Below are positions 12,601 through 26,651 of a stretch of 64,000 bases of DNA, in pieces. Positions within the stretch are counted from its first letter, which is position 1; each line of letters starts with the position of its first letter. The notes under the pieces were generated by a model that did no database searches, was not told the DNA's origin, and was given only the letters and a program-made list of their open reading frames with translations. Source of the DNA: Tricharina praecox (taxonomy: Eukaryota); NCBI RefSeq assembly GCF_024521635.1, contig NW_026250408.1, positions 124,001 through 188,000 of the forward strand. The letters are read 5' to 3'. The translations under genes and the position numbers were made by a program.

Positions 12601-15600
12601 GACAGATCACAGGATCGGAGTAGGTACTCAACTGGTTCGGATAAATGATAAATCCCCGCCACCAAGGCCCAAGGTCGATTGTGTTACTGAGGATGTTTGT
12701 ATCGTTGTAGTTGTTGTTTTGTTGTGTTAGAAGCGAGAGCGTAGCGGCCCGCAGGTTGTCTGCGGTGTGGGAGGCTGCGCGGCCTCGCCCACCATACCTA
12801 GCCCACTCGTCTGCCCAGGCAGGCGTTCACCTGGTATAGTCAGCGCCGCTATAGTAAACCCGACCAAGCAATCCGGCCAGCTAGGTAGAGGAAACACTTA
12901 CGCCTTTCCTCGCGGGAAGTTCAGTCGGATTGAGGCTCGCGATCGATCTCATGTTTGTATTCGGCCAACGCTCTCGGATAGCTCTCCGAAGTACGCCAGC
13001 TTCGGCCCCCTCAATCCGCAGGATTCTGCGGACACCATTCTCTATTGCATGCCCCAGCCCCCCACCCCCGCGGGAAGCACCGCTGGGATGCGATTTCCCA
13101 GGGCGCAATGGATCGTCGAAATCCATTGGGCGCAGCCTGAGTGGAGCTGGATGAGCTGGAGGAGCAGGAGCAGGAGGAGGAGGATTATGGGGTCGATATA
13201 GACGTGAGGTATTGTTGTAGTTGTATGTAGCTGTCACGGTTGGCGTGGTTGTCGTGATTATGGTGGTCGTAGTTGTCGTAGTTGCCGTGGTCGTATTATT
13301 GTATTGTTGTGTTGTATTATTATGTCCTATCTTTGCTGTTGTAATGTAAAAGATGTGAAAGAAGGAAGGAAGAAGTGGTGGGTAGGGAAGACGGTACGAA
13401 GGGTGGTTTGTGGACCGTGGCCGTGGCCGTGGCCCGTGTGTGACGAACGTCACGAACGTCAAAGACTGTACGGAGGGTAGGGTTGCGGCCCTTCCGCCGA
13501 GCTTCCATGCCGAGGTTCTGCCTCGAGCTTCTATGCCGACTAATCCAATTCAATTCCACAACAAAACCAAGTGCATAGGATCGCAAGAGCCAGAGTGAGC
13601 ATACCAGTACGTGCCGGCTTATCTAGTAGGTACTCGAGAATCGGCGTACATAATCCATTTATCCCACCGGCGGCCGGTGTACCCGATATAGTAGGTTCGG
13701 GGGGATCTGCGGCGCAACGCCTATATACCTACCGTGCATTATCCCAACGCGGCCGTCGGTTCTTACACGGGACCTCCGAATCTCCCAGCATCGTACTCAC
13801 GAGTCACTGTAATGTCATACCTAGCGAGCATGTCTGCGCCGCTTCCCTCAAAGCTTAGAGATCCGACAAGACATGTAACATGTATCCAGGTATCTACATG
13901 GTACATTATCTCCGCAGCACGGGTGATTGTTCATGAGTGGCTCTGTCCAATGTGTAAACTCCAGAGTCCAGACTCCAGAGATCCAACAGGACATGCGACA
14001 CCTCTTTGCAACGCGGGTCATAGTTCATGGTTAGTCTACCATACCTAAGTATGTAGGTACTATATAGATGGGTGGGTAAGTAGCTCTGGGCTGTCGGTGT
14101 TTTGCCATGCGTTCCAGTCACCTGTGTGATATCGTCGTCCTGTACAATGACCACCGCGTTTCCTCCCAACGAGGTCTCTCCTTGTGCACCCATTACACTC
14201 TACTACCGGTAGTACCTTAACCTTCATCCACTCCTCCTCCTTCCACTCCTCCTTCATCCACTCGTCCTCCGATTCCCCGAACGCGGCGAGGCCGGTACCG
14301 GGTTCTCCAACTCAAGCCTACCTACCTCCTACGTAACCTGCCTACACACCGGCTATCAAACTTTAGACGCCCGAAGACGCCCCGAGACGTTTGAACAAAT
14401 AAGGTTTCGTGGTGGACGGTGGACGGTGGACGGTGGACGGGTGGACGGGTGGACGGCCGCGACCGAGTGTCGACGAGCATGTGGTGACGCGGCAAACTTT
14501 AGGCGGCACCTAATTAAGAGGGAGGCATCGCTGCTAATGATACTTTTGCTGTTTCGAATCAATTATCGCTGTCGTTCTATCCGTATGTCACAACACCGGC
14601 CAACTCAAGCCCATCAACTGACCACCGAGCTCTGCCCCGCCAACATCACCAGATATCACTCTCAACCACTCTCTCACTCTGAACCGCAAATCTTCAGTTT
14701 TCTAGATAACGTGAAGCGAAATGAGTTCCATTCCTGTGAGCATCGCCTGCTCCAACTTCCCAGTACGCCCCCCTCTCAGTCTTTTTTGCCTAGCTCCCCA
14801 GCCCTTCTCTGTTTCTTTGTACCTTGCCTTCAGCCTTCCACGCTCCATCCCCCCGCGCCACCCTGCAGGCCAATGTCGCCAATCCCCCCAATGCCCCCCC
14901 CCGGGGACCTCCTATATCCGCGGCCACCATGTACTAGTATCCGGCAGCGATAGAGTTTCCGTGGTGGCCGCGGCCCGCAGCACCACTAGGGTGCATATTG
15001 GGCATCTGGTGCGGCCTTCTCCAACTCATTGTTCGGATTCGGATTCGGGCAAAGTGTTTTGGTAAAGTTGCAAAAAGATCTTGGATCCATTGGCACTTTT
15101 TTTTTATTAAAAAAAGACACCGTCAGCATTGAGAGTCCTGTACAGCCTGCAGGAGCATTGAGGGTGTCGGGTAGTTAATGTGTCGCGGGGTATAGGCCGG
15201 AAAGTCAGGAAATCATGAACTTACGTTGGTATCCTCGCGCGCACTATGCACCGGACCTCCGCGAGCTCTTTCATCAGCTTCTTGGTGACGCTGGTTTTCG
15301 TTGTTGTTGACCTGGTTGTTGTTATTGTTTTGTTGTTTTATTATTGTTTTATTATGTTGTATTATTGCTGTTATGTGATGTGAAAGGAAGAAGAAGTGTG
15401 GATGGGGAAGACAGTACGAAAAGTGGTTTGTGGACCGTGGACCGTGGACCGCGGACCGTGGCCCGTGGCCCGTATATGACGAACGTCACGAACGTCGAAG
15501 ACTGTACGAAGAGTAGGGTTGCGGCCCTTCTGCCGAGCTTCTACGCCGAGCTTCTACGCCGGCTAATCGAATTTCATAATAAAAAAAGGACCGTCAGCGC

Positions 15601-18300
15601 CAGAGTGAGCATAGAAGTACGCAATGCCGGCTTGACAAACTACAGAGTCGAGAATCGGCGTACTTGATAGGTTCGACGATCCGCTGCTGATCCAGCCACT
15701 CTGCATACACATATCACATCACATCACATACAGAGGCCGAGAGCCGTGTGCATACGTCTGTAGAGTAGCTGGGGATCCACCTGACTCGAGTGCTCCCACA
15801 TGAGCCGCCTGTGGGTCTGTCTACGATAGAGGTTCGCCGTTCGCGAATTGACTACACAATAGTGGACATTGCTTCCGGTGTTGCGGTCCATGGACTCCGT
15901 GACTCCATGATATCGCGAATTGGGGGTGGCGGTGGTGGTGGCGATATCCGCGCCTGTATATCCCTCTTCCTCGCCGTCTCCCTCTACCTCTTCCTTTCCC
16001 TCTCCCACTCCTTGTGCACCCATCGCACTCAACAATTTCAACCTTCACCTCCATTCACTCGTCCTCCAATTCTCCCAACGCGGCGAGTGCGGTACCGGTT
16101 ACTCTAACTCCAACTCAAGCCTACCTACCACCTCCATACCGGCCGTCAAACTTTAGCCGCCCGGAGACGTTTGCACGAATAAAGTTGCACGAATAAGGTT
16201 CCACGGTGGACGAGTGGACGGCCACGACCGAGTGTTGACGAGCATATGGTTACGAACATATGATTACGAGCATATGGTTACGTGGCAAACGTTAGGCGGC
16301 ACCTCACACAGGTAGAGAGAGGCCTCGCTACTGATGGTACTTTTGCTTTGTCGAATCAATCATCTCTGTCGTTCTATCCGTATATTTCAACACTGGCTAA
16401 CTCAAGCCCATCAACTGATCACCGAGCTCAACCACGCCAACGTCACCGAAAATCACTCTCAACCACTCTGAACCGCATAATCTTCAACTTTCAACAACGG
16501 GAAGCATAGTCTAGATACCTAGGCTGCATGCGAAATAAACTGAAGATCTCTCTCTCTCTCAACAACGGGAAGCGAAATGAATTGCATTCCATTCCTGTGT
16601 ACGCCACCTGCTCCAGCTGCCCAGCACATCCCCGCTCGTATCGAGGGCGAGGATGGACTGAATATTCGCCCGCCGTCGCCGTGTATGTGCAGTGAAGGAT
16701 TGCTGGTACTGGTACTTATGGATGTGATGAATGCAATATTCCAATACCTAGTGTTGGACATGTCACGTGTTGGAAGATTACATCAAGAGCGATCAGGGAT
16801 GCGAAGTGTAATGTACTTATTGTATTGGTATGCTGGTATGCTGTATTATGGGAAGAAGGACTATTCTAATATAGACTGCGTGACCACCCCCAACATGACT
16901 TCTCTCCTCCGGTGCTAGATGTAGAGGTTAGACAAGTCGCGGACGACAGATCATAGGATCAGAGAAGGCAGGTACTCAACTGGTCGGATAAATTATAAAT
17001 CTCCGCCACCAAGGCCCAAGGGCTGTGTTGTGGATGTCATAGTTGAGTGCAGACCCTTACGGTCGTTACGGGGGTCCCACATTCCCTGGAACTGCGCGAA
17101 GTGCTTGAGGAACGTCGGGTCGGTAAAGAGAATGTCGTGTAGCAGCCGTCTTCGTCGACATGGTGGTTTCTTTGGTGCCGCGGGGTGGCATCGTGGCGTG
17201 AGGTGCGCTGTGCGAAAGGCTTTCGGATGTGTGTTGGTGGTTGGTTTCGGGAGACGTTGGAATTGGGTTTCCAGCTCTGGCTCATGCCCAGGCTGGCCGT
17301 CACCTAGTATGGTCAGCACCGGTATTGTAAACACAGCCAACTCAGTCCGGCCAGCTAAGTACTTACGCCTTTCGTCGGGCCCGCAGCCCCCCCCGGGGAC
17401 CTCCTATGCTCCCGGCCGCAACACCACCGTGGTGGATATTGGCTGTGATGTGCGGCCTTCCCCATCTCATTGGTCGGATGACTCCGACCAATGAGATGGA
17501 GAAGGCGGAAGGTGGAGGGGCAGGGCGAAGAGGTAGGGCGAGAAGCGAAAGGATATCCGCCCGCCCATCGGCGGCCTGCTTGATCAGCGGCAAAAGGTTG
17601 TGCTGTTGTGTTGTTGTATTGATAAGTTGTGTTGTGTTGTGATGTGAAAGACGGAAGAAGTGATGTGAAAGGAAGAAGAAGTGGTGGGAGGGGAAGACGG
17701 TGGGAAGGGTGGGTTGTGGACCGTGGACCGTGGCCCGTATGTGACGAACGTCACGAACGTCGAAGAATGTACGAATGGTAGGGTTGCGGCCCTTGTGCCG
17801 AGCTTCTACGCCGAGCTTCCGCGCCGACTAATCCAATTGAATTCCACCATAAAAGTTATAAAACTAGGACCGCCATAGCCAGAGTTAGTGAGCATAGAAG
17901 TACGTATACGCAGTGCCGGCCTGCCTACCTAGTACCTACTCGAGAATCTGCGTGCTTGACAGGTTCGGCCCCGGGGATCCGATCCGCCGCAGATCCAGCC
18001 ACTCTGCATGCATGCACTTCACTTCCGGTGGTGCGGCCGGTGTACTATATAGACTCCAATGTCCGGCGCGAATTGGCAGTGGCGGTGGCGGTGGTGGTGG
18101 GGATATGATATATCCGGTTCTACATATGATTCTCCCTCTTCCTCTCCGTCTTCCTCTCGTTGTGCAACCATCGCACTGAGCCTTCTCATTGGACACAATC
18201 TTCACCTCCGCCATCCGCACATCGTCCATCGTCCATCCTCCATCCGCCCCGAGTCTGGTATTACTACCGACGTACCGTACCGGCCAATCCAAAGCTCAAT
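9660..18300 (+). repeat. Left array of 4 degenerate modular repeat units (~2.0-2.8 kb)
   Basis: Core GTGACGAACGTCAC..GAAGGGTAGGGTTGCGGCCCTTCCGCCGAGC (with substitutions) at ~10724, 13472, 15508, 17773, plus shared flanking modules. Limits approximate. Confidence 0.9.
12517..13300 (-). pseudogene. Degenerate 3-exon gene-like unit within repeat unit L2
   Basis: Open exon ...PMDFDDPLRPGK...IRERWPNTNMRSIASLNPTEL, intron GTAAGT..GCTGAC..CAG (~12901-12831), second intron ..CTAAC..TAG, last exon HRRREVVLTVVVPSILE* (12570-12517). No clean ATG, and exon 2 has stops. Confidence 0.45.
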
Positions 18301-18559
18301 CCTACCAGCTACATACCCAGTAGGCAGAGAAAGATGTCAGGACTCTACTCTTGGGTGGCGGTGGTGGAGGTGGATTGATGTACCCATTACCCACCTACGG
18401 TATACAGCTACAGAACTGTGGGATCGAACATGGCTCATCACCCGATATCATAGCTATTTACAGGTACTTGTGTCTGCCACTCGGGTCTCTAGAGATTGTC
18501 CACGGCCAGTACATACACTCATAACTCATTCGACAACATACATCGCCAATATACATCCC

Positions 18560-20114
18560 CTACTCAACCCCAATAGCCTGCGGATTCCAAAACCGCATCT
18601 CAGGATCAACCCTCCTCTTAATGCTCAGGAGCCTCTCATACTTCTCACCATAATACAACCCATGCGCCACCTCCGCGCTGTACGTGGGATCGACATAATT
18701 CGGGTAGGCCATAAACTGTGTCTCGCCCTGGGGCTCTGTAATACTCCTTGACAGCGCGTCCATAAACTCGATGCCCTCAGCGGGATACGGCCCCGTCTGC
18801 GCCACATCCGAGATGGAGTACAGCTGCAGCGTGAAGAACGCGGTTCTGCCCGCGTAGCTGGCGCCCTCCGCGTCCCCGTTACTGATCCGCGAGTTCGCGC
18901 CACCGTATAAGTCGGCGATGACCCACCACGGCACCGGCGCATCGGTAGCATCCGCGACGAAGCCGAAGAAGCTCGCCAGACTCGCATTCCCCAGCGCTTC
19001 CGGCGTTACCACGCTCTTTGCAAAAAACGTGCCGTGCTCAGTGTACTCCTTCGGCTGCGGCAGCTGCCCGCCGTTATTAAACGACACCAGCGCGTCGAGG
19101 TACGGCAGCTCCTGGACGCCGTGCACGGTATCTGCCGGCCACGCGGCGAGCAGCGGCGCGATGGTGCTGTCGAACCCTGCGCGGGACCCCCAGAACACGC
19201 CAGAGACGAAGAATTGCGGCCCGAGCTCAATAGCGGGAGTGCGCAGGAACAGGCGCACGGCGAGGTTCGACGGCGCGGAGTGGGCGAAGCCCTGGGTGGC
19301 GGCAAAGATGGCCGCTTGTGCGCCCGGGGAGGTGGAGGAAGGGAAGGTGTAGTTGTATACCACGCCGTTGACGGGCGCCGCGAAGGTGCGGAAGCGGAAG
19401 GACGTGACGAGGCCGAAGGAGGAGCCTGCCCCGCGCAACGCCCAGAATAGGTCCGCGTGCTGCGTGGAGGAGACGCGCCGGAAGGTTCCGTTCGCAAGGA
19501 CTACGTCTAGCGACAGGATCGTGTCCAGTGTTGTCCCCCACATCCGACTGGTGAAGCCGAAGCCGCCGTGGAGGGCATGGCCAGAAATACCAACCCTATA
19601 CCAGTCAACCCAGCCCACCCCCCCATCCCCGCACTGCAGTAGGTACTCACCCAGGACACAACCCATGAGGCAATGCCCTCCCTGCACTCTCAAACAAATA
19701 CGTCGCAATATCGCCCAACCTCCTCCCCGCCCCAACAGTCGCCACCTGGGTCTCCGCATCCACCTCCAGCGTCCGAAAGCGTTTCATATCGACAACCAGC
19801 GAGCCATTTTGTCCACCCAGTCCAAACGCAGCATAACTATGGCCGCCAGAGCGCGCGGCAACTTTTGCGCCGTAGTGGCCTGCGCAGACGACGGCCGCCG
19901 AGACTTGCAAGACTGTGGTGGGGACCGCGAGCGCCACGGGCACGTAGGGGAGGCGCAGGTTGAACGGGAGGATTGCGGTGGTGAAGTTGCCGGCGGAGGC
20001 GGGGGAGGAGGAGGAGGGCGTGAGGACTGGCACTGAGGCGGCGAGGAGGCATTCTGGCAGTGTGGTGTGCGCCGCGGCGGAGGCGAGGAACACAAGCTGC
20101 AGTAGGAGACGCAT
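18560..20114 (-). CDS. Secreted FAD-linked oxidoreductase, AA7/BBE-like (oligosaccharide oxidase family); intron ~19596-19650
   Basis: Signal peptide MRLLLQLVFLASAAA, ARSGGHSY (His-FAD), HGLCPG|VGISGHALHGGFG (Cys-FAD), and C-terminal BBE motif YPNYVD..YYGEKYERLLSIKRRVDP. Confidence 0.92.
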
Positions 20115-20773
20115 GGCGAGATGGCGATACGAAACGTGGGGAGTCCGTAACCAGGTCGCTGGATGTGGCTCGTTAAGTACCTGTCCGAGGTGATCAGGCA
20201 GAATCAGTGCGGAAAGTCGGAAGGCGAGATCAGCCTGCTATACAGTAGTAGATGGGATGTATGTGCATATCGTATTTATGTCGTGACGTTCGCATTCTCC
20301 TCATACATAGCAGTCGGCTGAGTTCCATCCCGCAGTCGGTTGTCTCTCTCTAAATGCCCCTGACTTACTTTGCTGTATGTATGTATGGTACTCTAGAGTC
20401 TAGATAGTACTTATACCCGGGATCCGGAGAGCTTCCCCATGGGGCGGGTAGCCGGCCACAGTTCCTCCGGCCGATTGGTTGAGGAAGGTCGGTCGGTCGG
20501 ACTCATCGCAGTATGCAGCTTTCGTTATTTGCTTTTTTCATTCCGCGGTGCCGTACCGTAGAGACTCCATGCAGCACGCCTACGCGTCGTCCAACGTCAA
20601 TGAGCACCCACAAAAGTACGCCCCGCGCGAGTGCCTTCCCATGACTGCACCGGATATGTAGGCCGGATAGAATTTCCCTTTATTCGCACGCAAGCAACCA
20701 ACGCCTAACTCCACGCACCTCGCAATCCCCCTCTACCATCTAGCCACCCTCTACCCCTCCCGCTCCCACGCAT

Positions 20774-21768
20774 CTACAACCTCCCCCTCTCCCTCACCCT
20801 ACAAACGACAACAGAATTAACCACCTCATTCCATGGATGCACAACCAGTAGCACATCCAAGCCAAGCGCTTGCAATTCGGCGAGCTCAACCTCCTGATAC
20901 AGCAGCCTCCTCACACCATGTGCGCTCCTCAACATCAGCAGCGCACCATTCCCACACCTGCGCACCACGCTCCTAAGAATCTCTCGCTTCTCGTTTGCAC
21001 TGCCACCCACCAGCCCCGCGAGCACAACGACATCAAACTCCTCGAGCGCGACCTCCTTGGCGTCCGCGCACTCGAAGGACAGCCGTGCGGCGGCCCCGCC
21101 GAGCCGCGCGCACAGCGAGCGCGATACGCTGATTGCCTGTGGGGACATGTCGATGTTGTGGATTCGACGCGGCGGGGGTGAGAGGAGGGTGGACAGGCAT
21201 ATCGAGGTTAGCGGGAGCGGGCCGGAGCCGATGAATGCGAGCGAGCCGATGGGCGCAGGGTGTACCGCGGCGAGCGCGGACAGCTCGAGACGAGATAGGT
21301 CCATGTAGTTCTGGTAGTAGGGGAAGGCGCGGAGTGAGGTCCATGCTGCTGTCATCAGCACCACTACCACAACTCTACACGCCGCGGAGAGGGGTACGCA
21401 CCTTCCTCGCCCCTCCCCTCCTCCGCCAGGATCCTATTAGCCCACCACGCCTCGAGCAGGAACTCGCCCTCTGAGCACTTCGCGCGCAGCGCGTTCGCGA
21501 TGGCGCGGACCCGCCGGTCCTCGAGGATCGCGGCGGCGGTGGCGGAGTCGTAGGGCCGGATGCATAGCGATACAAGCTCGGAGAAGGCGGCGTTTACGGA
21601 CGGCGACGGCCCCAGCGACGGAGAGCGCTGGAATACTGCGTAGATGCGCAGGATCGAGGCGGTGATCGCAGTTGTGGGCGTGGAAGTGGGGGCGGCCGTG
21701 GGCGTGGCGACGGCGCGCGCAGGCGGCGGCAGAGAGGAGGGAGCGGGTAGGGTCGCGGCGGAACTCAT
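20774..21768 (-). CDS. nas: Nicotianamine synthase (NAS family); intron ~21346-21401
   Basis: PSPSVNAAFSELV, CSEGEFLLE, FPYYQNYMDLSRLE, AFIGSGPLPLTS, LRSAHGVRRLLY and EVVNSVV are characteristic NAS motifs. Confidence 0.9.
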
Positions 21769-23544
21769 GAGAGCAGGGTGAGGTTCTTGCTGGATTGTGC
21801 TGGTCTGGTCTTGTCGGCGGAGAGGGGGGGGGGGGGGGGGGGGGAACAGAACAGGAAGACACGCCCACCATGATAAACGCAGCCCTCTTTCTCCTCCCCT
21901 CCTCCTCCTCGTATTTCTCCTCCTCCTCCCTGCGGTTACAACAGCGGGACCCCGCATCTTGCACTCGCTCGTCGGGGAGAAAAAACACCCCTCCCCACCC
22001 CTCCCTCCCCCACCACCACGATACTCACTCACTTCACCAACCCCCCACTTCGGAGAAATCTGCAAACTGCAAACACCTTGGTGGGAGCGAGCGAGGGAGC
22101 CTGCATATGCAAGGGACACATCATCCATCACGAGCTTAAATAGCTTTGCAGACCTGCAGTGGGTTAAGTTCGGAACTTCGGAGGACGAGGAGGAGCTTGA
22201 GGAGGAGAAACAGAAGTGAACTGACTGGTCGCTACGGTTTTCACTTTCTCGCTCGGTGCGGTGCGGAGCGGAGCGGGGTGGAGCGAGGGGCACTATCTTA
22301 CCTACTTTATCACGCTAGAAAAGGCCGGAGACGAAACGAGACGCTATTCCACCAGCCTACCAGGGATGGTGGAAGATATTTCTTTCGTTTCTTTCGTTTC
22401 GCACCTACGGTGGGCGAAGAGAACTTAGAAGTATGACGATGTTGGGTTGGGTTGGGCGGGGCCAGCAAGGTGTCCATGTGCACCTCCGCCATACTATAGA
22501 GTACATACATACATCATACATCATACGGCATGTACAAGGGGCGGGCAGAACATTCAACAGAGAAGGCACACACAGCAGGAGGATGGGGAGCGAGGATCCG
22601 AAACCATGAATCATGGAGCATGCGGCTATCCACCCATCCATGTGTATGTATGTGTAGAGTTTTACGGGTGCAGGGTGCGGGTGTGCGGATCAAATGCGGT
22701 GCGGTGCCATGCGATGCGATGTGGCAGACGATGTTTGGTCCCGTATGTAACGATGAGGGTGTATGAGGGTGTATGTACATACGGTGTTGGCGGAGCGGGT
22801 GGGAAGTACGGAGGGATGGATTCAAACTGCGCTGTGTGCGTACATAATGGGATACGGTGCGTGATTCCGGGTTTCGGCGTGTGCCACAGTCGTTGAAAAT
22901 ACCTGTCAAACCAGAGTTGTATGGGAAGTCAACGAGTGATCCCGACGGGACCACGGACGCAGGGCAGCCACAGCGGATCCCGTGGCTGAGCTGCTTTGTC
23001 ACAGCACCAGCACGAGCACGAGATAGGTACGGTGTCTAGTATCACGTGCCAGCAACTCAGGTACCATGGTCCAGTCCCATCAATGACCACTGTCACAAGT
23101 AAACTCCAATCGCTCCCGGCAACTTCTATGTAATATGCATTCCCTCTTCCATTCCTCTTCCATTCCTCTACGTTTCATCACCTCTGCGCTTCATAGCTCC
23201 ATACACTGCCACTACGGTATCATCTCATCTCAACATGTACATTCAACCTCCATACCTCCATACCTCCACACCTCCATACCTCCATACCCTCCATACTCCC
23301 ATACCTGCATACGCTCTCTTCCAGTCTTCCAGTCTCCCAGTCTTTGCATGATAAGTATGTGCATACAAACATCCATCCCATCTCATCTCATCCCACCCCA
23401 TCCCATCCGCCACCCCCGCCCTCTCCCTCTCCCCCTACCACCCACCATCCACCACCACCATCGCTCCATCTAGAAATCGAAAGAAAGAAACAAAAGAAGC
23501 AAATACACCAATCTCCGGCCGCAACATCTGCACGCCAAACAGAA

Positions 23545-23597
23545 CAAACACCACAAACACAACAAACACAACAAACACAACAAACACAACAAACACG
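23545..23597. repeat. (ACAAACACA)n microsatellite
   Basis: Directly visible. Confidence 0.8.
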
Positions 23598-23951
23598 ACG
23601 AACGACGAACGGCGAATGACGACGTAGAGTAAAAGGGGCGCAATGCAACGCCCGCTCCGTAGGTGAGTATTAAGTCCGCCGACAAGCAAGCAAGCTATGG
23701 TAAAGAACAAGAAGGATAGAATAGGATAGGATAATAACAGTGTAAGAAGTAAGTACGGTACTGTCGTATGTACACCGACCGGGCGGATGTATGAGTGTAT
23801 GAGTGTATGTACTTAGGGTAGGAAGTAGGTAGGCTCGCAATAAAGTATGTGTGTGTGTGCAGACACGCACCCGCCCGCTTTCACCACCGCCGCATGTCTA
23901 AGGTAATAGAAAGAGAAAGAAGAATAAAAACGACGAACGATGGGTATAATG

Positions 23952-24011
23952 CCTCCCTCCCTCCCTCCCTCCCTCCCTCCCTCCCTCCCTCCCTTCCTCC
24001 CTCCCTCCCTC
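23952..24011. repeat. (CCTC)n microsatellite
   Basis: Directly visible. Confidence 0.85.
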
Positions 24012-24085
24012 CAGAACCCGCGAAAGGAACCGAAAAGAATATAAACGCCCAGCCCCTGCAGGCAGTGTACCGGTGGTAGTGGCGG

Positions 24086-24744
24086 TTAGCTGAGCACGAC
24101 GCCCAGCGCCGCCGCCAGCGCAATGATGGTAAACATTATCCCGACGTATATAGCGATGACCCAAGTGCGTCTGTAGAGCGCTGTTTGTCCACTGTCAGCA
24201 TTGTCCCCATCCCCCAATGTCCCCATCCCCCCCCCAATAACCCCCTCCCCCCATCCCCGCGTCCAAGGAAGAACTCACGCCTCGTCTCGACCTCTTCACT
24301 CATACTGCTCGCGACGGTCACAGTATCCGTCCCCCCACCCCTCCCCCCTCCCCCCTCAAGATCGAAACCCCTCACAATCCTCGGCCCATAATACTCCCCC
24401 CCAACCTGCCTCAGGTACTCAGACGCGATGATACTCTCCTTCGACCCATTACCATCATAGACCAGATCGCAGCTGGCGCGCATCGCCGACGTCGGCGGAA
24501 ACGACACCGGCCGCGGGTGAGGGTGCGTAGGCGGCTGGCGGCGCGGTACGCGCGGGCCGCGCGCGCCCCCCGCGCCGCCGGTGGAGTGTCGTGAGTGGGG
24601 CGCGCCGAGGCCGCCGCTTCGGGAGGGGGGCGGTGTGGAGTGCGGCTGCTGGTGTAGAGATGGCTCTGAGCGGGAGGGGATCCGGGAGATGAAGATTGAG
24701 TCCTCCGGCACGGGGGAGAGCGGCGGTGGTGGTGGTGGCTGCAT
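24086..24744 (-). CDS. Hypothetical Pro/Gly/Ser-rich tail-anchored membrane protein; intron ~24181-24278
   Basis: Splicing GTGAGT..GCTGAC..CAG gives ...EVETRPLYRRTWVIAIYVGIMFTIIALAAALGVVLS*, a C-terminal hydrophobic helix. Confidence 0.65.
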
Positions 24745-26651
24745 TGCGTGGTGAGGTAGAGGGTGAGGTAAGGAGGTGGGGTGTGGGCTAGTGTGTGCCG
24801 GTGGCGGGCATGGGCGGCGCAGGCGGCGATAGGGGGCGGTGGGGAGCGCGGAAGTGCGTGGTGGTGGAGGGCTTGCGGGCTGATGATTCGCTCGATTGAT
24901 CGTTCGTTCGTTTGCTTGTGCGGGAAGGAAACGAGGACGGACGACGGCAAACGGGGGTGGGCGGTTGAAGCTGGAAAGGAGTGTGTAACGGGGGCGGGGG
25001 GGGGGGGGGGGCGGGAGGGGAGGGGGCGGTCAATGGATCGGATCGCGCGCACACGTCAGAAAGGAGAGAAGGAAGGGGGGAGGGAGCGAGAAAAGAGCGT
25101 GTAACCCGATCGGGGCAGCGATCGACCAGCGGAGAAAAATGAAGCTGAAGAAGCAGCGAACGGACGGAAAAGACAGACACAGACAGGCGTGGACGAGGGG
25201 GCAGAAGAGACCGAGAGAGACAGAGACAAAGAGATAGAGAGAGAACCTGCGCTGCAAGCGGAAAAATCTCCCGGATGGGTTGGAGAACTTTGAAGGGAGG
25301 ACATGCCGTAACTGCACGCATGCATCCCTCCCGCGCCATGCTTGTTACGGCTGTGGTGCGACCGACGGGCTGGAGCGATGATGCGGCCGGTTATCGCAGC
25401 TAATTTATTAAAGGGGGCTATTTTGGGGTGGAATTTGCCGGTGTTTGAACTTTGAACTTTGAACTTTGGGACAAGCCTTTCGAGGTGGTTGACATCATCG
25501 TGCTAGATTTCTTGGCTTTGAGAGCTGTACCGTGCTATGTGGAGAATGTAGAGTAAACTCCACGCCGTCCTCGCGCATAGTGATGAGCTGCATCATGTGT
25601 GCAAAAGTCCGCCTTCTCGCGTCCCACAGTCCACTCGGATCGTTCACTGGATACCGGTAGATGCTCTATCCTCGCCGGCAGCCCGGCAGAAAGTAAATCC
25701 TTGCCGGCGTACCTAGTGTCCCAGGGCCGTTTAAACTCGCAAACTCACCGCAACGGATGCGACGGCGAGAAGTGAGTACCTGGTATGTACTCTATGCGAA
25801 CCTCCAGCGACCAGTCAACACCAGCACCAGCACCGTCGTCATTCTTCAGTGCTCACGCGATCTACTCATTTTCCCGTCCCCTAGATCTTAGGTACCGATC
25901 GTATGACAGCTGGAGGTGGTGGCGGGATCATCATACGCTCCCCGCACCCGCAGTCGATCTTGAGGCGATCGCTGACTTTATGCACAGCATAGGTACCTGG
26001 GTAGGTATTCGAAGATCGATCATCGGGCCTCCACCTATTAGACTACTAGTATTTAGAGTATGTATGTCACGTTTCCTCGGCAGAGCGCATATCCAACAGC
26101 CCATATCGAATCACATCGGGTCTCTAGTAGGTGTGGTAGGTATAGTAGTGGCCTGGTCCGAAACCACCTCGGCCTCAGCGATCCTCTGCAACGCGGCATA
26201 CGCATCGGAGGTGCATTGGAAGGATATTCTACGGCATGTGCAGGCATGCGCAGTATGTAGGGTATTTCCGAGAAACATCGCGCTCATGTACTGTCACTCG
26301 GAGCCGGCGAAAAAAAATCGCAGGGAAGATTCGGTGACCAAACCTTACTGAAGCCAAGAGCAGGAGGAGGGGGGTGAGTTTGACTGGAGAGTACCTAGTA
26401 CTTCTCCTCAGTGTACTACCAGCTCGAGCCGCGCGCAATCGTCCCCGGGAATGAACGGCTGAAGCCTGGTGCCCGAAGGGATGGCAGAGAGAGGAAAGTG
26501 CAGTGCCAGACGTGTATGGATGCACTTGTAGATTTGGGGATTTGTTGAGGTACTACGGTAACTGGTAGGGCTGAAGAAAGACAATGCATGGTGCTTTCAA
26601 GTTCCGGTATCTGCACTGAGCAGAGACGACGGTAGTGGACTGTGGACACTG

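Noticed and set aside
10690..17800. Recurrent core motif as a CRISPR-like array
   Set aside because: Spacing is in kb, the intervening sequences are homologous to each other, the context is eukaryotic and there are no cas genes.
21769..22293. Long N-terminal extension of the NAS ORF
   Set aside because: Non-ATG start and low-complexity G/C-run sequence; the ATG at 21768 gives a normal-length NAS.
22290..22475. GATA and CAAGGT (SreA/ZafA-like) sites upstream of nas
   Set aside because: Isolated short matches expected by chance; no clustering.
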